In this document: piece after piece, positions 1 to 12,289 of the stretch | Numbering within the stretch: the stretch's first letter is position 1 | Layout: each line of letters opens with the position of its first letter | NCBI RefSeq assembly: GCF_963506605.1 | Contig: NC_083283.1 | Span: forward strand, 39,680,001 to 39,744,000 | Length of the DNA stretch: 64,000 nt | Origin: Zootoca vivipara | Lineage: Eukaryota | Direction: 5' to 3' | Made by a program: the position numbers and the translations under genes | Notes under the pieces: model-generated | Seen by the model: the letters and a program-made list of their open reading frames with translations, nothing else | The model's database searches: none | Told to the model about the DNA's origin: nothing

Positions 1-127
1 AGCATCTTCAGGGTGCACTGGTAGAAAATCCTGTCTGAAAATCTAGAGAGCCACTGCTGGTCAGTACAGAAAATACTGAGGTGGATAGACCAACCATCTG
101 ACTTGGTGTAAGTTAGAGCTTCCTATG
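1..127 (+). mobile_element. 3' part of a squamate tRNA-derived SINE with CR1-like tail
   Basis: gagagccactgctggtcagtacagaaaatactgaggtggatagacc...gcttcctatg. A related diverged copy lies at ~54410-54562. Confidence 0.6.
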
Positions 128-508
128 ACCCAATACTCTCAGTGATTGTTAACTGCTATAAAACAAAAACAAAACAAAACCCTGATATGACTCATTAATA
201 ATCAATTGTTGGAAATGCCAATGAGCAATTAAAAATGGCAAACCCATGATTAAGATTGTAAGGTAAGGACAAACAATAGGCTCCAAAGCATGTAGAGAAG
301 CCCCGATAGATGACATTTATCTTTTTAAAGAAAACCATCTTTGGGATGGAGCATTTTTAGCAGAGAGTTGGGGCAAGGGAGATTGCTTAACCTACTAATC
401 CTTTTGTTGTTGTTGTTCTGATTGCCCCTAAGTTGGCCCAACATTCCAGGTGCATATTTACTATGAATGGCTTCTAGTTTTCACACAAGGCATATATATT
501 TATCAAGC

Positions 509-514
509 TTTATT
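509..514 (-). terminator. Candidate distal polyadenylation signal AATAAA of PPDPFL
   Basis: AATAAA on the minus strand followed by GU-rich tgccttgtgtg, at the end of an AT-rich UTR-like block. Confidence 0.45.
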
Positions 515-931
515 AATATAAAACTTAGTAAAAAAAACCCAGTTAATTCTGTACATTAAGACATGGTTCTGACAAATACTATACAAAATCTCTGACAACA
601 CCATACAAAATCTTTTTACATGTACAAAGATGAATAAACTCTAACAAAAGTGAGTCCAGATTAGAACAGACATTTTTTCCTTTACATTCTGCCTTACTCC
701 TTGTTGCCATCACATGTCTAGGCATGGTAAGTAGCATAAGAGCAAAACCAGCATGGTGAGCACACACACATATGGTGTCACAGAAATTTAAGTAGATAAG
801 TATTTCAGCATTTTTAAAGTTTGAGAAAAATAAAAGATGCCAAATGAAAAAGTTGCAGCATGAAGACATTGATATTTAAATTTGCATCATATAGCAATCT
901 CATCTTGTTGTCTGATGAGACTGTATACATA

Positions 932-1092
932 CCTATATTCCGGCGTATAAGACGACCCCCAACTTTTACAGTTAAAATATAGAGTTTGGGATATACTCGC
1001 CGTATAAGAAATACGACCCGGCGTATAAGACAACCCCCGACATTTGAGAAGATTTTCCTGGGTTAAAAAGTAGTCTTATACGCAGGAATATA
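932..1092. mobile_element. Tc1/mariner-pogo (Tc2-like) MITE
   Basis: 20-bp TIRs at 934-953 and 1073-1092 with 1 mismatch, plus internal copies of gcgtataagac. Confidence 0.8.
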
Positions 1093-1250
1093 AGTTGGTG
1101 AATGTGGAAATCTAACCTACCAGAAAGAATCCATGAAAAATCAAGTACTTTGGTTCAGCTCCTTACATTACTTACATTAAGGCATATATCATCTAGATGT
1201 GGTGTAAATTGCACTCTACATAGCTGATGTGGGAATAAGAGATTCTAGTA

Positions 1251-1500
1251 CAGGGGTCAGCAAACTTTTTCAGCAGGGGGCTGGTCCACTGTCTCTCAGA
1301 CCTTGTGGGGGGCCGGACTATATTTTGAAAAAAAAAATGAACGAATTCCTATGCCCCACAAATAACCCAGAGATGCATTTTAAATAAAAGGACACATTCT
1401 ACTCATGTAAAAACATGCTGATTCCTGGACTGCCCGGGGGCCGGATTTAGAAGGCGATTGGGCCGCATCCGGCCCCCGGGCCTTAGTTTGGGAACCCCTG
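1251..1500. mobile_element. hAT (Charlie-type, OposCharlie1/OC1-like) MITE
   Basis: TIRs caggggtcagcaaact / agtttgggaacccctg. Perfect 8-bp TSD ttctagta (1243-1250, 1501-1508). Confidence 0.9.
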
Positions 1501-1590
1501 TTCTAGTAACACTGGTGTTGAACTGAGTTCCAATTAAATAAGCGGGACTTACTCCCATGCAATATGTTTAGGTTTGGCAAATACAATTCA

Positions 1591-1596
1591 TTTATT
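1591..1596 (-). terminator. Candidate proximal polyadenylation signal AATAAA of PPDPFL
   Basis: AATAAA on the minus strand ~660 nt after the stop codon. Confidence 0.35.
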
Positions 1597-2251
1597 TGAT
1601 GAAATCTTCCATAAATGAAGCTTTAACTAGATTTCTTCTAAAACTTAACATCTACATTTGGCATTTTCGAACAAATTTAGTCTCAACATAATTTAAGTGT
1701 GAAGTGAGCTAACAATATGAATTTAAACCTTGGGACAGACTGAGATTAAATTAGCTGAGTTTAGGTCCTAATGAAGACCAAGGGGCAAATTTGTCATAAG
1801 TCCCATTGAAACCAGTAGGAACTAATTGCAACTGTCTGGATCAAGTCCCTTAAGGCTAAGAAGACAGAATGTGCTTGAAGACAAAATAACCTTGAATCAT
1901 TTTGCCCGAGACAGTCTGCAAGAGCTTTTCAATTTTGCAAAGGAAAGGTTGGATAATTAGCAGACACTCCAGACTAACAAGTCTTTGGATTTGCATTCTT
2001 CCAATGATATGCAAGAGTCATTACGAAATGTAGAACACCTGTTCAGTATCAAAAACTCTGCAGCAGACGTGGAAACTTCAATGGCTGCCTTAAGAATAAA
2101 CTATGGAGAAATCCTTGGAAATCTGCATTTTTCCTGCAATGGAAGTTTCAAGCCGTTTGTTTTCTTCACACAGCTGAATGCAGCCACCTGGAAGACCTCA
2201 AGTCTTTCAAGAAGTGAGTCTGTGGGTGCAACATCATTGTAGGAGTCCAAG

Positions 2252-2264
2252 TCAGCTGTTAGCA
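2252..2264 (-). CDS. PPDPFL: PPDPFL last coding exon (S-A-N-S-stop); spliced CDS 261 nt, 86 aa
   Basis: Strong acceptor tttacttttttgacag. The phase-2 join gives AGT GCT AAC AGC TGA, and the total length fits the family. Confidence 0.8.
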
Positions 2265-3498
2265 CTGTCAAAAAAGTAAATTAAGAATAGACCTTTTATC
2301 AAAGATTGTTGTAAAGAGTTACTGACAAGTTTGAGTAGAAACCAGAACTGCAGATCAACCTATTAGTCTAAGATTCAAATCTTACATGATCTTGGAAATG
2401 TCAAGTTTTTAACTTTGCTTTGCTGCTTGACAATACAGATTATAAATGGGAATTCTCCTTTAAATCCCTCCCCTGAAAACAGTAAAGAAAAAGAAACTAT
2501 GTTTGCACACCAGCTGAGAGAAGATAATTTCTCTGGACAAATAAAGAAGTGCTTTTGTTTCTATACATAATAAGTTAAGCTCTTCAGAAAACATTTTTTT
2601 TTAATCCGTTTCCCATAAAACTGGAGAATGCAAATGAAAGATTCCAGTCTTATTGCTTTTTAAAATAGATTTGTAATATTGTTTTGACTTGTAAAAAAAA
2701 TTGTTCTTGTAAATGGATATTAGCTGACTGCAGATTTGTATATATATTAAAGTCCATATAAAACAAAAGTCCTGGAAAATTAAGTTACAGAGGAAGCACA
2801 TTTCTTCTGGAACAGACTTGAGGCCCTTTCAGTGTTTTGGAATACAACTCCCATGATCCCAGACCATTGGTACCAAGTTGGGAGAAGCTGATCTGCAGCA
2901 ATGGAGTGTACATAGGTATTTGATGTAACACGTTAAATATGTTTTAAATAAAGTAACAGGGATGGAATAAATGTCATTTTAGGGCATCTATTACAAGTCT
3001 ACTTGCAACAGAATCCTATGAGTGTATACTCAGAAGTAAGGCCTATTACGTTTGGGACTGTGCTCTAAGGATGCCGTTACCAGAAAAACCTTATGGGTAG
3101 TTGAAAAGCCTAACAAGGAGCTACAGATACTTGACTGAACTTTAATCTCAAGTGCCTGAAACCTGTGTGGCAACCTTCAAACGCCATAGTTGTCATTGTT
3201 CTACGGTCTGGTTCACTAATGAAAGATCACTAAACATATTGGCAGCCAGTGGGCAATTTAATAACCTCCCACTCCACTAACATAAATTGGCTCTATTTTC
3301 CTATTATTTCCCATTTTTAATAAACCAAACCAGCTTCAAGAGAAGCTATTCTAAGTTTAAACAAAAATCAGCATCAGAGCAATCTTTGCAAATCTCCTTT
3401 CTACATAAAAGTGGTCATATTAACATAAAATTCCCCTAAAGCCAAAATAAAATTAATTCAAATGAATCATGTCCCCCCAGAAGTGAAGCAATTCTTAC

Positions 3499-3598
3499 CT
3501 GCTGGCTGACAATGTTTTCCTGCCTACATTCTGAGGCATTGGCTCACAGTGGAAAAAGCTTTTTATCCACCAGCATCTTTCAAACACTTCAGGTAACC
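3499..3598 (-). CDS. PPDPFL: PPDPFL coding exon 3 ([33 protein letters not shown])
   Basis: Acceptor gcttttatag, donor AG|gtaag, 100 nt. The GLPEV..WWxKSFFH motif is characteristic of PPDPFL. Confidence 0.93.
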
Positions 3599-3829
3599 CT
3601 ATAAAAGCATGCACAAATGGAGCTGGTGAATAATAAAAATCAAAGCGACAAAAAAGGCTATTAATTTTAATGAAGCAACAATACCAGAAAAAGCAAAGCA
3701 TACTGTAGTCTTATCTGAAAACATATTAGAATTAAATGCACAGTTGGGGATGGCAGGTCAAATGATTCCCATTAAGTATGCTAAACTTTTCTGGATTTTA
3801 GCTAATAATTTAAGTAAGAGTCACAATAC

Positions 3830-3922
3830 CATGATGCATTTTTTCCTGGTCCAAGGAGTTTGTGGGTTCAGAGCAGCAAGATGAACTGCTTGAAGAAACA
3901 CTAGAGTCAGAATTCAGTCGTG
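3830..3922 (-). CDS. PPDPFL: PPDPFL coding exon 2 (TRLNSDSSVSSSSSSCCSEPTNSLDQEKMHH)
   Basis: Acceptor tctttttcacacacag, donor G|gtatt. 93 nt, phase 1 to phase 1, with the Ser-rich tract typical of the family. Confidence 0.9.
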
Positions 3923-4615
3923 CTGTGTGTGAAAAAGAGAGCCTACATTACATTTGGGGGAAATCAAATCAGTATCATATAGACCAATGTTTAAGGTTCA
4001 AGCCACCTTCAATTACCTTTAAAGAAACAATGCTTAAAATATAACAAATGGTTAGTAAACACATATCCATGCCTATTGTTTCAAACAGTGGCTAATTTTT
4101 TACACTTCTGTAAGGAAACGTTAATTGCAAGGAATCAGGTTGCATTTTATGACAGCACGTTAGTATGATTCAAATGCATATGATACATTCAAATAAGACT
4201 GAATTTAAAAAGATTATTTCAATATTAAATGTTTCTTGGAGAAACAAAGGATTCCCTTAGGAAAAGTAATAGGAACAGAGCTAGTTTTAAGGGCAGGTGG
4301 TCCAGGAAACTGCTGGGGGGAATCAAGTTTGGTGGGCAATAGGTTCCAGTTAGGGGCACCTGCCACAGGTTAGATGACAGGAATAAATCATGCATGCAGA
4401 AATTGGCTACAAATACAATTAAAGATATTCCCGAGCTAAGCAAAAGGAGGAGTGAAGCAAATATACCTCTTGCCTGTGATGCTATTAAATCTAAGGCCAG
4501 CCTTAAACAAGAATAATGAAACCCATACTAGTATGCACACCAAACATGTGGCTGTCCGTACAGAAACAAACGTTTTGAGATCATGTTAGTCATCCTTTCA
4601 AGGCAGAAAACTTAC

Positions 4616-4670
4616 TTCTGTAGTACTGGTTCTTGGCCAGAAGGCACCCAGCAGAAGGCACAGCTGCCAT
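4616..4670 (-). CDS. PPDPFL: PPDPFL coding exon 1 (MAAVPSAGCLLAKNQYYR); whole exon 4680-4616
   Basis: Acceptor ttgttactgggcag, ATG at 4670 in context gcaATGG, donor A|gtaag. The peptide matches the PPDPF/PPDPFL N-terminus (MAxxPSxGxLxAxxxYYR). Confidence 0.93.
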
Positions 4671-4827
4671 TGCAATGGTTCTGCCCAGTAACAAAAAGGC
4701 AAAAAAAAATGTAAGGACACCTGCAGGTCAAAAGAAAATACGGAAGTTGTAGGTTAATTTGCTAAACCACAGCATAGAGATCAGATCTCTACAGTACTGG
4801 GAACTGTATCACATACTTGCACTATAA

Positions 4828-5005
4828 CAGGGACTGTGATCTACTCATTGTCATAAAAAGACTAGCAGCGATCTACCCAAAGTTGTTGAGCTTTTTTTAG
4901 GAAGCCAAAGTTGTGGAGATTTTTTAGGGGCTGAGGGGCCAGAGATCTACCAGGAACACCCCGTGATCTACCAGTAGATCACAATCTACCTGTTGGACAT
5001 GCCTG
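4828..5005. mobile_element. hAT MITE in PPDPFL intron 1
   Basis: cagg...cctg termini, 8-bp TSD cactataa/cgctataa, repeated gatctac subterminal motifs. Confidence 0.65.
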
Positions 5006-5800
5006 CGCTATAAGATTATAGACCTTATACTCTATGGGTCTGAGTTTCCTAGGGACAGGGGGGAGATTCTTGTAGATGAAGAATGTGTGGATATTTCCCA
5101 CATGTGCCCAGAGTCCTGAGGTTTATGCTCACTACATGAAAATAAATCCCTCAGATTATGTTGCACCTTATCAGTGAGCTCAGGTACTCACAAATGAATG
5201 CTCTTGCAACTTTTGGGAGCATTCACCCAGCCTAATATTGCTTGGCTTCTATTTAGAGCTGGTGGCTTTCAGGCAGAAGTTGTTCACATCATGTCCTACC
5301 TTAAACTGAAAATGCCCAAGCTTGGGGCCTTCTATGTGTGAAACATGTGCTCTACTTCTGAGCCCCATCTTGGGTCTTCTGTGAATCTGCAGATCCATCA
5401 TCAAATTGCTCACCTTATGTAAAGGAGCTACTTCCCATGTTGGCAACAACCCACTGACTATGAATGTGCACCTGCTATTTCGGATCAGGTGCTTAGAGAT
5501 TCCACCAACAGCCCATGAAAGATTTATATACCAGCGCTGCAAAAGCTTTGCAACCTGTTAGATTCTTCAACTCAAAGCCACAATGCAGAGAGGCATGTCT
5601 TGCATTGCCTACTGATAGAAACTCACATCCAGTCAAGGAAGTGCAACCCGCTTGGGGCATTATGCAATTACTTCAAATCATGAGTTGGGAAAAGCAAATT
5701 CCAGAAGGCTCTTTATTCCTGCAGAAAGTTTGGGCGTTCATTCACGGAATCCCAAACGGCGAAGGCGAAACTAGGCATGCACATGATCAGTCTATATTAC

Positions 5801-5940
5801 CTGTTGCTTGCTTTCTTCGCGGCGCTTTCCTCCGGCACCAGAGATCAGCGGTTGCGCTTCTTTTTTTCCCTTCAGAGAAAGACAGACCTCGCCACAGTCT
5901 GAGAAGCAAGCTCGCTTTCACTGCCCACCTGGCTTCCTCC
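5801..5940 (-). other. PPDPFL: PPDPFL non-coding first exon (5' UTR); 5' end approximate
   Basis: Donor CAG|gtaata at 5801/5800. No ATG, in-frame stops, and it begins ~30 nt downstream of a TATA box. Confidence 0.7.
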
Positions 5941-5964
5941 TCTCTCGCCTCCCTCCACGACAAG

Positions 5965-5973
5965 CTTTATATA
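5965..5973 (-). promoter_or_regulatory. TATA box (TATATAAAG) of PPDPFL
   Basis: Consensus TATA on the gene strand between the putative exon 1 and the GC-rich upstream region. Confidence 0.7.
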
Positions 5974-6638
5974 GAGTAGCACTCGGCTCCAGAGCTGAAA
6001 TTTGACCCGACAGGCGGCGGGGGTGGGGAGCGGGGGCCGTCGCGCGCAACCAAACTCACTTGGCGCGCTGCCGGCTTGTCCTCCTTCAACCCGGGTCGGG
6101 CAAGGCCTGCTCAGGTCCCCGGATCCCGTAGCAGCAGCAATAACAACAACAATGAGGCGCCCGCCCTGGGCACGTGCTGCCCCTCTGGCTGGCTGGGGAG
6201 GAGCGCGTGCTCCGCAGTCGCTTTTTGCATGGGCGGCTGAGGGGAGCGCACCTTCGCAGCTCCTCTCGCTGTTTCAGGGCTCCGCCGGGTTTTGGCGGGT
6301 CGCAAACGGAGCTTGGACACAATAGTCACTTTCCTCCAGAAGATTTAGCAGCAGCGGGCTTAGCCATCGAATAGGGAGGGCACACTTAAAAAACAAAACA
6401 AAACAAGACCGCGTTTCTTGCGCGCTGCTTCGCAGTGCTGCCCTTTGCAAACAGTCCAGGTGTAAATCTCTCTGCTCAGAGGGCGCCAGGCGTGTATTTA
6501 TGCTGCATTTCATAGACTCCTAGAAATGTGGAGTTAGAAGGGAACCAGAAAGGTCATCTCCAATGCAGGAAAGTTGAACCACCCCTGACAGATGGCCTTC
6601 CATTTTCTGTTTAGAAACCTCCACCACCTTCCAAAGTA

Positions 6639-6865
6639 CAGTCATACTTCTTGTTGTGTTTGCTTCACATTGCGGCTTTTCAGGTTGCGAACGTGGCAAA
6701 CCTGGAAGTGTATACTTCTGGGTTTTGGTGTGTGTGCATGTGCAGAAGTGTTCTGCACGCTTTGCGTATGTGCAGAAGCGCTCTATTGCACTCCTTGCGA
6801 AGCGGCAGTCTAGTTGCGGACTTTTTGGGGTGCGGATCGTGTCCGCACAACTAGAGGTACCACTG
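6639..6865. mobile_element. Tigger/pogo-like MITE
   Basis: ta|cagtcatac...gaggtaccactg|ta termini with TA TSD. Confidence 0.75.
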
Positions 6866-7199
6866 TAGTCACTGTGGAGCAGCCAATGTTACTGTTGTAT
6901 TCTTTTTTGTAAACAGCTTTGAGGTTTTCTGCAATCAAGCAGTATATATATTTTATGAAGTAAATAAAAGAAATCGGGGGGGGGGGGGGAGAGATTAGTA
7001 AACTCATGACAGTAACACAAGAATGTTCCAGCTGCCTTCGAGCAGAACAAAAATTAACACCAGGAAGGTTGATGGACATGACTGAGTCTTTAATGCTTCT
7101 CAAAGCCTGAAGTGCAGCCACCTGCCACAGCTCAACTAGGAGGCAGTTTCTGGAACCACCACCAGAAAAAAGGTCCTCTCTTTCATGGTCCCCTGTTTC

Positions 7200-7510
7200 A
7201 AACAGCAAAATTATGAAATGTCCTACTGCAAATGTAGTGATGCCACCCAAGTGAATAGTGTTAAAGGGGCATTAGAAAAGTCCGTGGCTAAAAAGCTACC
7301 AATGGCTACTAGTCCTGATGGCTACATGCTACTTCCAGCATCCGAGGCAGCAAGCCTCTAGCAGCAGTCAGGGAGTGCTATTGCACTCATCGCCTGCTTG
7401 TGGGCTTACCATAGGATGGCCAGTGGGAGAACAAAATGATGGAGTAAGCAACCCTTCTTCTTAAGATAAGATAAGATAAGATAAGATAAGGGTTCTTCTT
7501 ATGTACTTAA
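7200..7510 (+). mobile_element. Old CR1 LINE 3' end with (AAGAT)n expansion
   Basis: Resembles the squamate CR1 3' UTR ending in ttcttcttatgtactta, and is homologous to 42488-43250. Confidence 0.55.
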
Positions 7511-7777
7511 TATACTTAAGATATACTTAACAGTGGCTGGCAATTTCCCATCTGTTCATCACCATAATAAGTATGGGAGCCAAACCTTTTTCTAAAGGGG
7601 CTGATTTTACACTGTCGCCTGCAGTCCGACTCCGTGCTCTGGTAATGTTGGCAATAGTGCTGTAGAATGGTTGGCACCGTAAAGGAGAAGCCAGTTGTCC
7701 CCTTTCACTCCTTTAAAGGGAAACTGGCAGGGCCCTAGTTTCTCTTCAAAAGAGAACGTTACTACTGACTGTTTGGA

Positions 7778-7909
7778 CCAGGGATGAGGAACATGAAGCC
7801 CTCTAGATGTTGCTGAGCTCCAGCCATCTCTCACCAGTGGCCATGCAGGCTAAGACTGATGGAAGCTGGAGCCCAACAACATATGGAAAGCTATAAGTTC
7901 CCCATCCCT
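7778..7909. mobile_element. Short hAT MITE (related copies at ~16318-16437, ~18740-18873, ~45289-45433)
   Basis: cagggatg...ccccatccctg termini, shared ccagatgttg/caacatctgg subterminal palindrome, degenerate 8-bp TSDs (e.g. ctttaatc/ctttaaac at the 45.3-kb copy). Confidence 0.7.
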
Positions 7910-8856
7910 GGTTTAGGCAATAGTATCTAGTGTATTGGAAGGAAAAAGTTGTATATAAATGTAAAAAATAAAATTACATTTCCACATTACAGTGTACCAC
8001 AGAAGTGCGGGAACTAGCCAGGTCCATCCTGCCAGTTGCTTATGTAATTGATAGACAAAAAGCATACATCATTCAAACAAGCAAACATATATACTATTTG
8101 TTTCTTTACATAACTGTAGAGATTGGCAAACTATTCTAAATGTTGGGTGCCTCAAAGCCATATGTTTTATTGATTGATATAAGTTTTATGTTGGCAATTT
8201 CTCCAATAAAAATCATGTTGTTTTTTTATATGAAGCCCATCTGATTGGGTTTCTCAAGCCACTCCAGGCAGCTTTCAGCAAAATATAAAAACACAACAAA
8301 ACATCGGGTATTAAAAACTTCCCTATACGAGGCAAGGAGATCCTGGTGCATACATTATTCTCTCTCAACTCCTCCCCCCCCCCCAGCCAACATCTTATCC
8401 TTGCAACTATCATGCTCAGTAGCTCAACCAATGAGATTCCTGGCTAAAAGAGAATTTGAACCTGGAATCTTCCTAATTCTAGTCTGACACTCTAACCCTT
8501 ACATAATACTATACCATTGAATTTCCTTATCAGTTTTACTAATAGACAAATGCAGCCAACTTTATTTTTACAGGGATATATTACCAAGCTTAGGAGTTTG
8601 GCATGCATATCATTTCAGGCTGTGCTGTTTCCAGTTCTTGATGCATTGCGTTTATCCAGCAAGGGTGTGGGTAGCCTGGGATAAGCAGCAATTCCATATG
8701 GAGTACTTGGGTACTGCAAATAGATCCACATTTGCTAGCAGCCCTGCACTTCATTCACATTTCTACTGCACTTATTAAATATGCACAGGGAGTTCAAGTG
8801 TAGCTTTCTGAGCTGTGCGACTTACATGAATGAGGGAATTGCACCAGGGGTTGAGG

Positions 8857-8958
8857 GAGTAGCTATGTTCGCCAGTTGCAGCAAAGACTGTGGAAAGTCT
8901 TGTGGCACCTTAAGGGCTGACACGTTTATTGTTCATGGACTAGGGTCCACTTCATCAG
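8857..8958 (-). mobile_element. Old Penelope-like pseudo-LTR fragment
   Basis: gagtagctatgtt...tcttgtggcaccttaag...gtccacttcatcag. The minus strand keeps a decayed CTGATGA-stem-GAA hammerhead core. Confidence 0.55.
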
Positions 8959-11900
8959 TCACTTTTAAAAGTTATCTAAGAAGAGGTAGAACAGCAAAGG
9001 GGATTACATCCTGACGGATGTGCCGTATCACGTTATTCCATCTCTTGTAACAGCTTCAGTGGGCGGCACATCCCGTCCCTTCTCTGAAACGTCAGAGCTG
9101 GTTTAGTCATGTCTCCAATACAGCATTGCTCAAAGTGCACTCAGTTCTAATGAAAATGTAGACTTGTTCACAAATGTAAACAAGTAGCAGACGTCCCTTT
9201 ACTTAATGTGGAACCTTTACCTCGTATGTTGAAGTGGCATTTTACACTGACCTCCTGTCAGTCTTAAATGGCAACTTATATACTGCTACTCCAGAATGGG
9301 AAACTTGGAGGCCTGCCCCAGGTTAAAATAGCACAGCTGACAGAGATAAGTGTCTGGAAGTGGAATGTGTGCTAAAATTAGTAGGATCACTTACTTCGTG
9401 TTTTGCTTTTTAATTTGTTACGATATACCGAAAAATGGTCCGGATGCTGGGTAAAGTAGCTGACATAAAATGTTAACGTATTAAAGGAGCTCATTCTGCA
9501 TTTAGATGACAATAATGTTTTCATTATGTCCACTGAGGTGTTTATAGGTAGCTAATCATAAATCTGCACTAATTTTATCTCTCCCTCACTCTTTTGGCTC
9601 AGTGTTTTAACCACCTGTCAAGTCATATTTCTTCACTCAGATGGGAATTTGCCCCTTTGGGGACTGTTAGATTGACTGACATTCTTGTGCTACAAGAGGG
9701 TTTTCAGGGATGGCTTAAGCATATGCTGTCCTTCTGTAGAGTAAGATCCTGAGGAAACTGGGGAAATTTGAGCAGGCCTATATGGCTTTATCCTGCAAAA
9801 AAAACAGTAATTACAGCTCCGAACATGGTAGCGTGTTCCTTATCAAAAGACCATGGAGGTGCTTTCATTTTCTCTTTCATAGAGATACTTAAACTACTAG
9901 ACTTGTTGAAGCTAACTCAAGACAGTTTGTGACCTGAGGTAAACGGTTCGCTCCCCCCATATCCCCATGTACAAGGTGCAGAGTACCAAGACTAGCCGTG
10001 GAACCTCTGATAGAAAATTCCAAAAGTACCGCTTGACTAACAATACCACAATGATAAATTAAACAGCTAACAATTTGTGCTCTTTGACGACACCCATAAT
10101 CAGCTGCCTCACTTTACCTCAGGGGGGTGCCTAGGCTTCTTCGGGCTAAGGACTGCCTTTCAAGGGACATACATAAGCTGTCATTGTGCAAGTACTGTAT
10201 GCATATATGAAGAGCATGAAGATACGGGGCAGGAGAAAGAGTGCACAGATGTCCCTCTTTACCATCCCAAAACGTTGAACAGTATATACACAGCACAGGT
10301 GCCCAACACACACAAAAAACGCTCAGCAGACATGCAAGATACATACTGCACACACACTCACCTCACATGCAGACCATACACACCTGCACACAGCGTACAA
10401 ACTGTCTTCCACACAGAGATAAAAGTCTCTCACACACATATGTAGGCATCCAGTTCTGTTTTGTTCACACCCCACAAATGCAGGGACACCACAAATGGTA
10501 GGGCTGAGCCATTAGAACCAGGAGGCATGAATGTGCTGCTTACACCATGCCAGGTTTTAAGCATGGAACTAGCAAGACAAAATAAGATCATTTCTCTTCT
10601 CTTCCCCACCCCCCACCCCCGGCTTGCTTAGTTTGGGCACGGTAGTATATGCATTTCTGAGAGGTGTTAGGCTCTAGAATCCCTGGTGCCCTTTAATTGA
10701 AGGTATTTGTGTTGGCAAGCAGTGATCCAGACCTGGTGACACCACTGCTTAAACAAAACTTTGAGCCCATGACGTGCCTACAACATGACAGCAAAGTGGG
10801 CTAGAAAGGTCATTTTTAATGGTAAATTATATTCCCCAAATCTCTGCAAAATATCGCATGTTCTAAAACAGCATTTGCACAACTCTACAAATATTTACAA
10901 AGAAAGGAGAGGAAAGTTCATGCTCATATAAATACACGAAGAAGTGAAAAGGTTATGTGATACGAGTACATTTTTTGTTATGTGGGCACAGTGGTAACTA
11001 CGGATACTGCTTCATTAAAGCTAAGGTCCTTTGTTATTTGGCAGATTTGAATTCATAGTGTGTTTTAGAGTCAATTAAAATACATCTTCTGTTGATGCTC
11101 AAATTATATACTCATCAAGATTGATTAAGCAGCCACAGAGCACTGTCTTGCTTCGTTCATTTCTAGAACAGTATATGCAAAGCTTCCGGCTCTCATCTGG
11201 GAGTGTTTGATAGTCTTCATGTCTCAAATGTTTTTAAACAAGTAGCCTTAAGCATTTGAAATGTGTCAAAATAGAGAATAAAGATAATAAATCATAGTCC
11301 CACCAGGTGGAATACACACTTCACAACTATAGATTTAAATTACAGAAAGGTGGCGGGAGGGAGGGAGGGAGAGAGCTCTTTGAAGACTTACCAACATGCT
11401 GTCTGTAAGTGATGAGAATAATCAATTAGCCCACTCAAGTTCATGTCCATTTTAGAACTGCAGGATAGAAGGGTTACGGGCTGCTTCACACATGCATGTT
11501 CATCACCTGATTTCTGATCACTTGTCTGCTCAACACTTAACTATGAAATATCTGCCTATATTTTAAATCTGTGATACACGAGTCCCCTCTTCATGCTGGT
11601 CTTCCATAATGGAAATCCTGGCGTGAACCAACCTCAATGCTTATCCTGCACCAAACACTTCCCCTACCCCTTCATTCTATCCTTCCTTATTGCAAATATT
11701 CCAAGTTCCAGACATTTTTGGAGCAACTACTATGCACATTTTCTTTCATCTCTTGACCTAGAGATAAAAACTATTTTATGCAGAGAATGATGGGGCAGGC
11801 ATTCTGCAGAATGTCCCTCCTGCTGGAATGTTTGATGTTGCTTTTCTAGAGTTGTACTTTTTATCTTATTATAATGATTTTGCTATTTTATCATGGTTTT

Positions 11901-12289
11901 AGTATTTTATAACAAGCTACCCTGATAATGTATTTAAGAGGTATCAAACAGTGGGGCATAAGTGTGTGTGTGTCTGTGTGCGCGTGTGTGTGATGACAAG
12001 CAAGACCAGATTAAAATGGTGCAATTGGAGAGGCATGATGATAAAAATAAAATGTTAAAAGGTCATAGCAAAAGATGGCATGCACAGTAATAAATACATT
12101 ATTATCTTGACATTTGGTCAAAAATATAATACTTTGCTCTCTTCTCTCTCCTAAATCTGAAATAGCATTCCTTCCTGGTTTTGATGTGTTTCATCCTTTG
12201 CTTTTGGTCATCATTTCATCAGGTGTAACCCTCACCAAAAGCTGTGTACTATTTTCCCCTGAGTACTCAGAAGTAAGTGCTGTTGAGTT

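Larger units (their letters stand above)
5750..6495. promoter_or_regulatory. CpG island / PPDPFL promoter with GC boxes
   Basis: High GC and dense CpG in non-repetitive sequence against a CpG-depleted background. Confidence 0.8.

Noticed and set aside
2234-2254. Stop-codon readthrough of PPDPFL (UGA-C context)
   Set aside because: Context is UGA-CUU rather than UGA-CUAG, and another UGA follows after five sense codons.
5515-6374. Cluster of ORFs on both strands at the promoter
   Set aside because: Expected in GC-rich CpG-island DNA; no recognisable protein similarity.
10077-10501. His/Thr-rich ORFs
   Set aside because: Translation of degenerate CA-rich low-complexity sequence.
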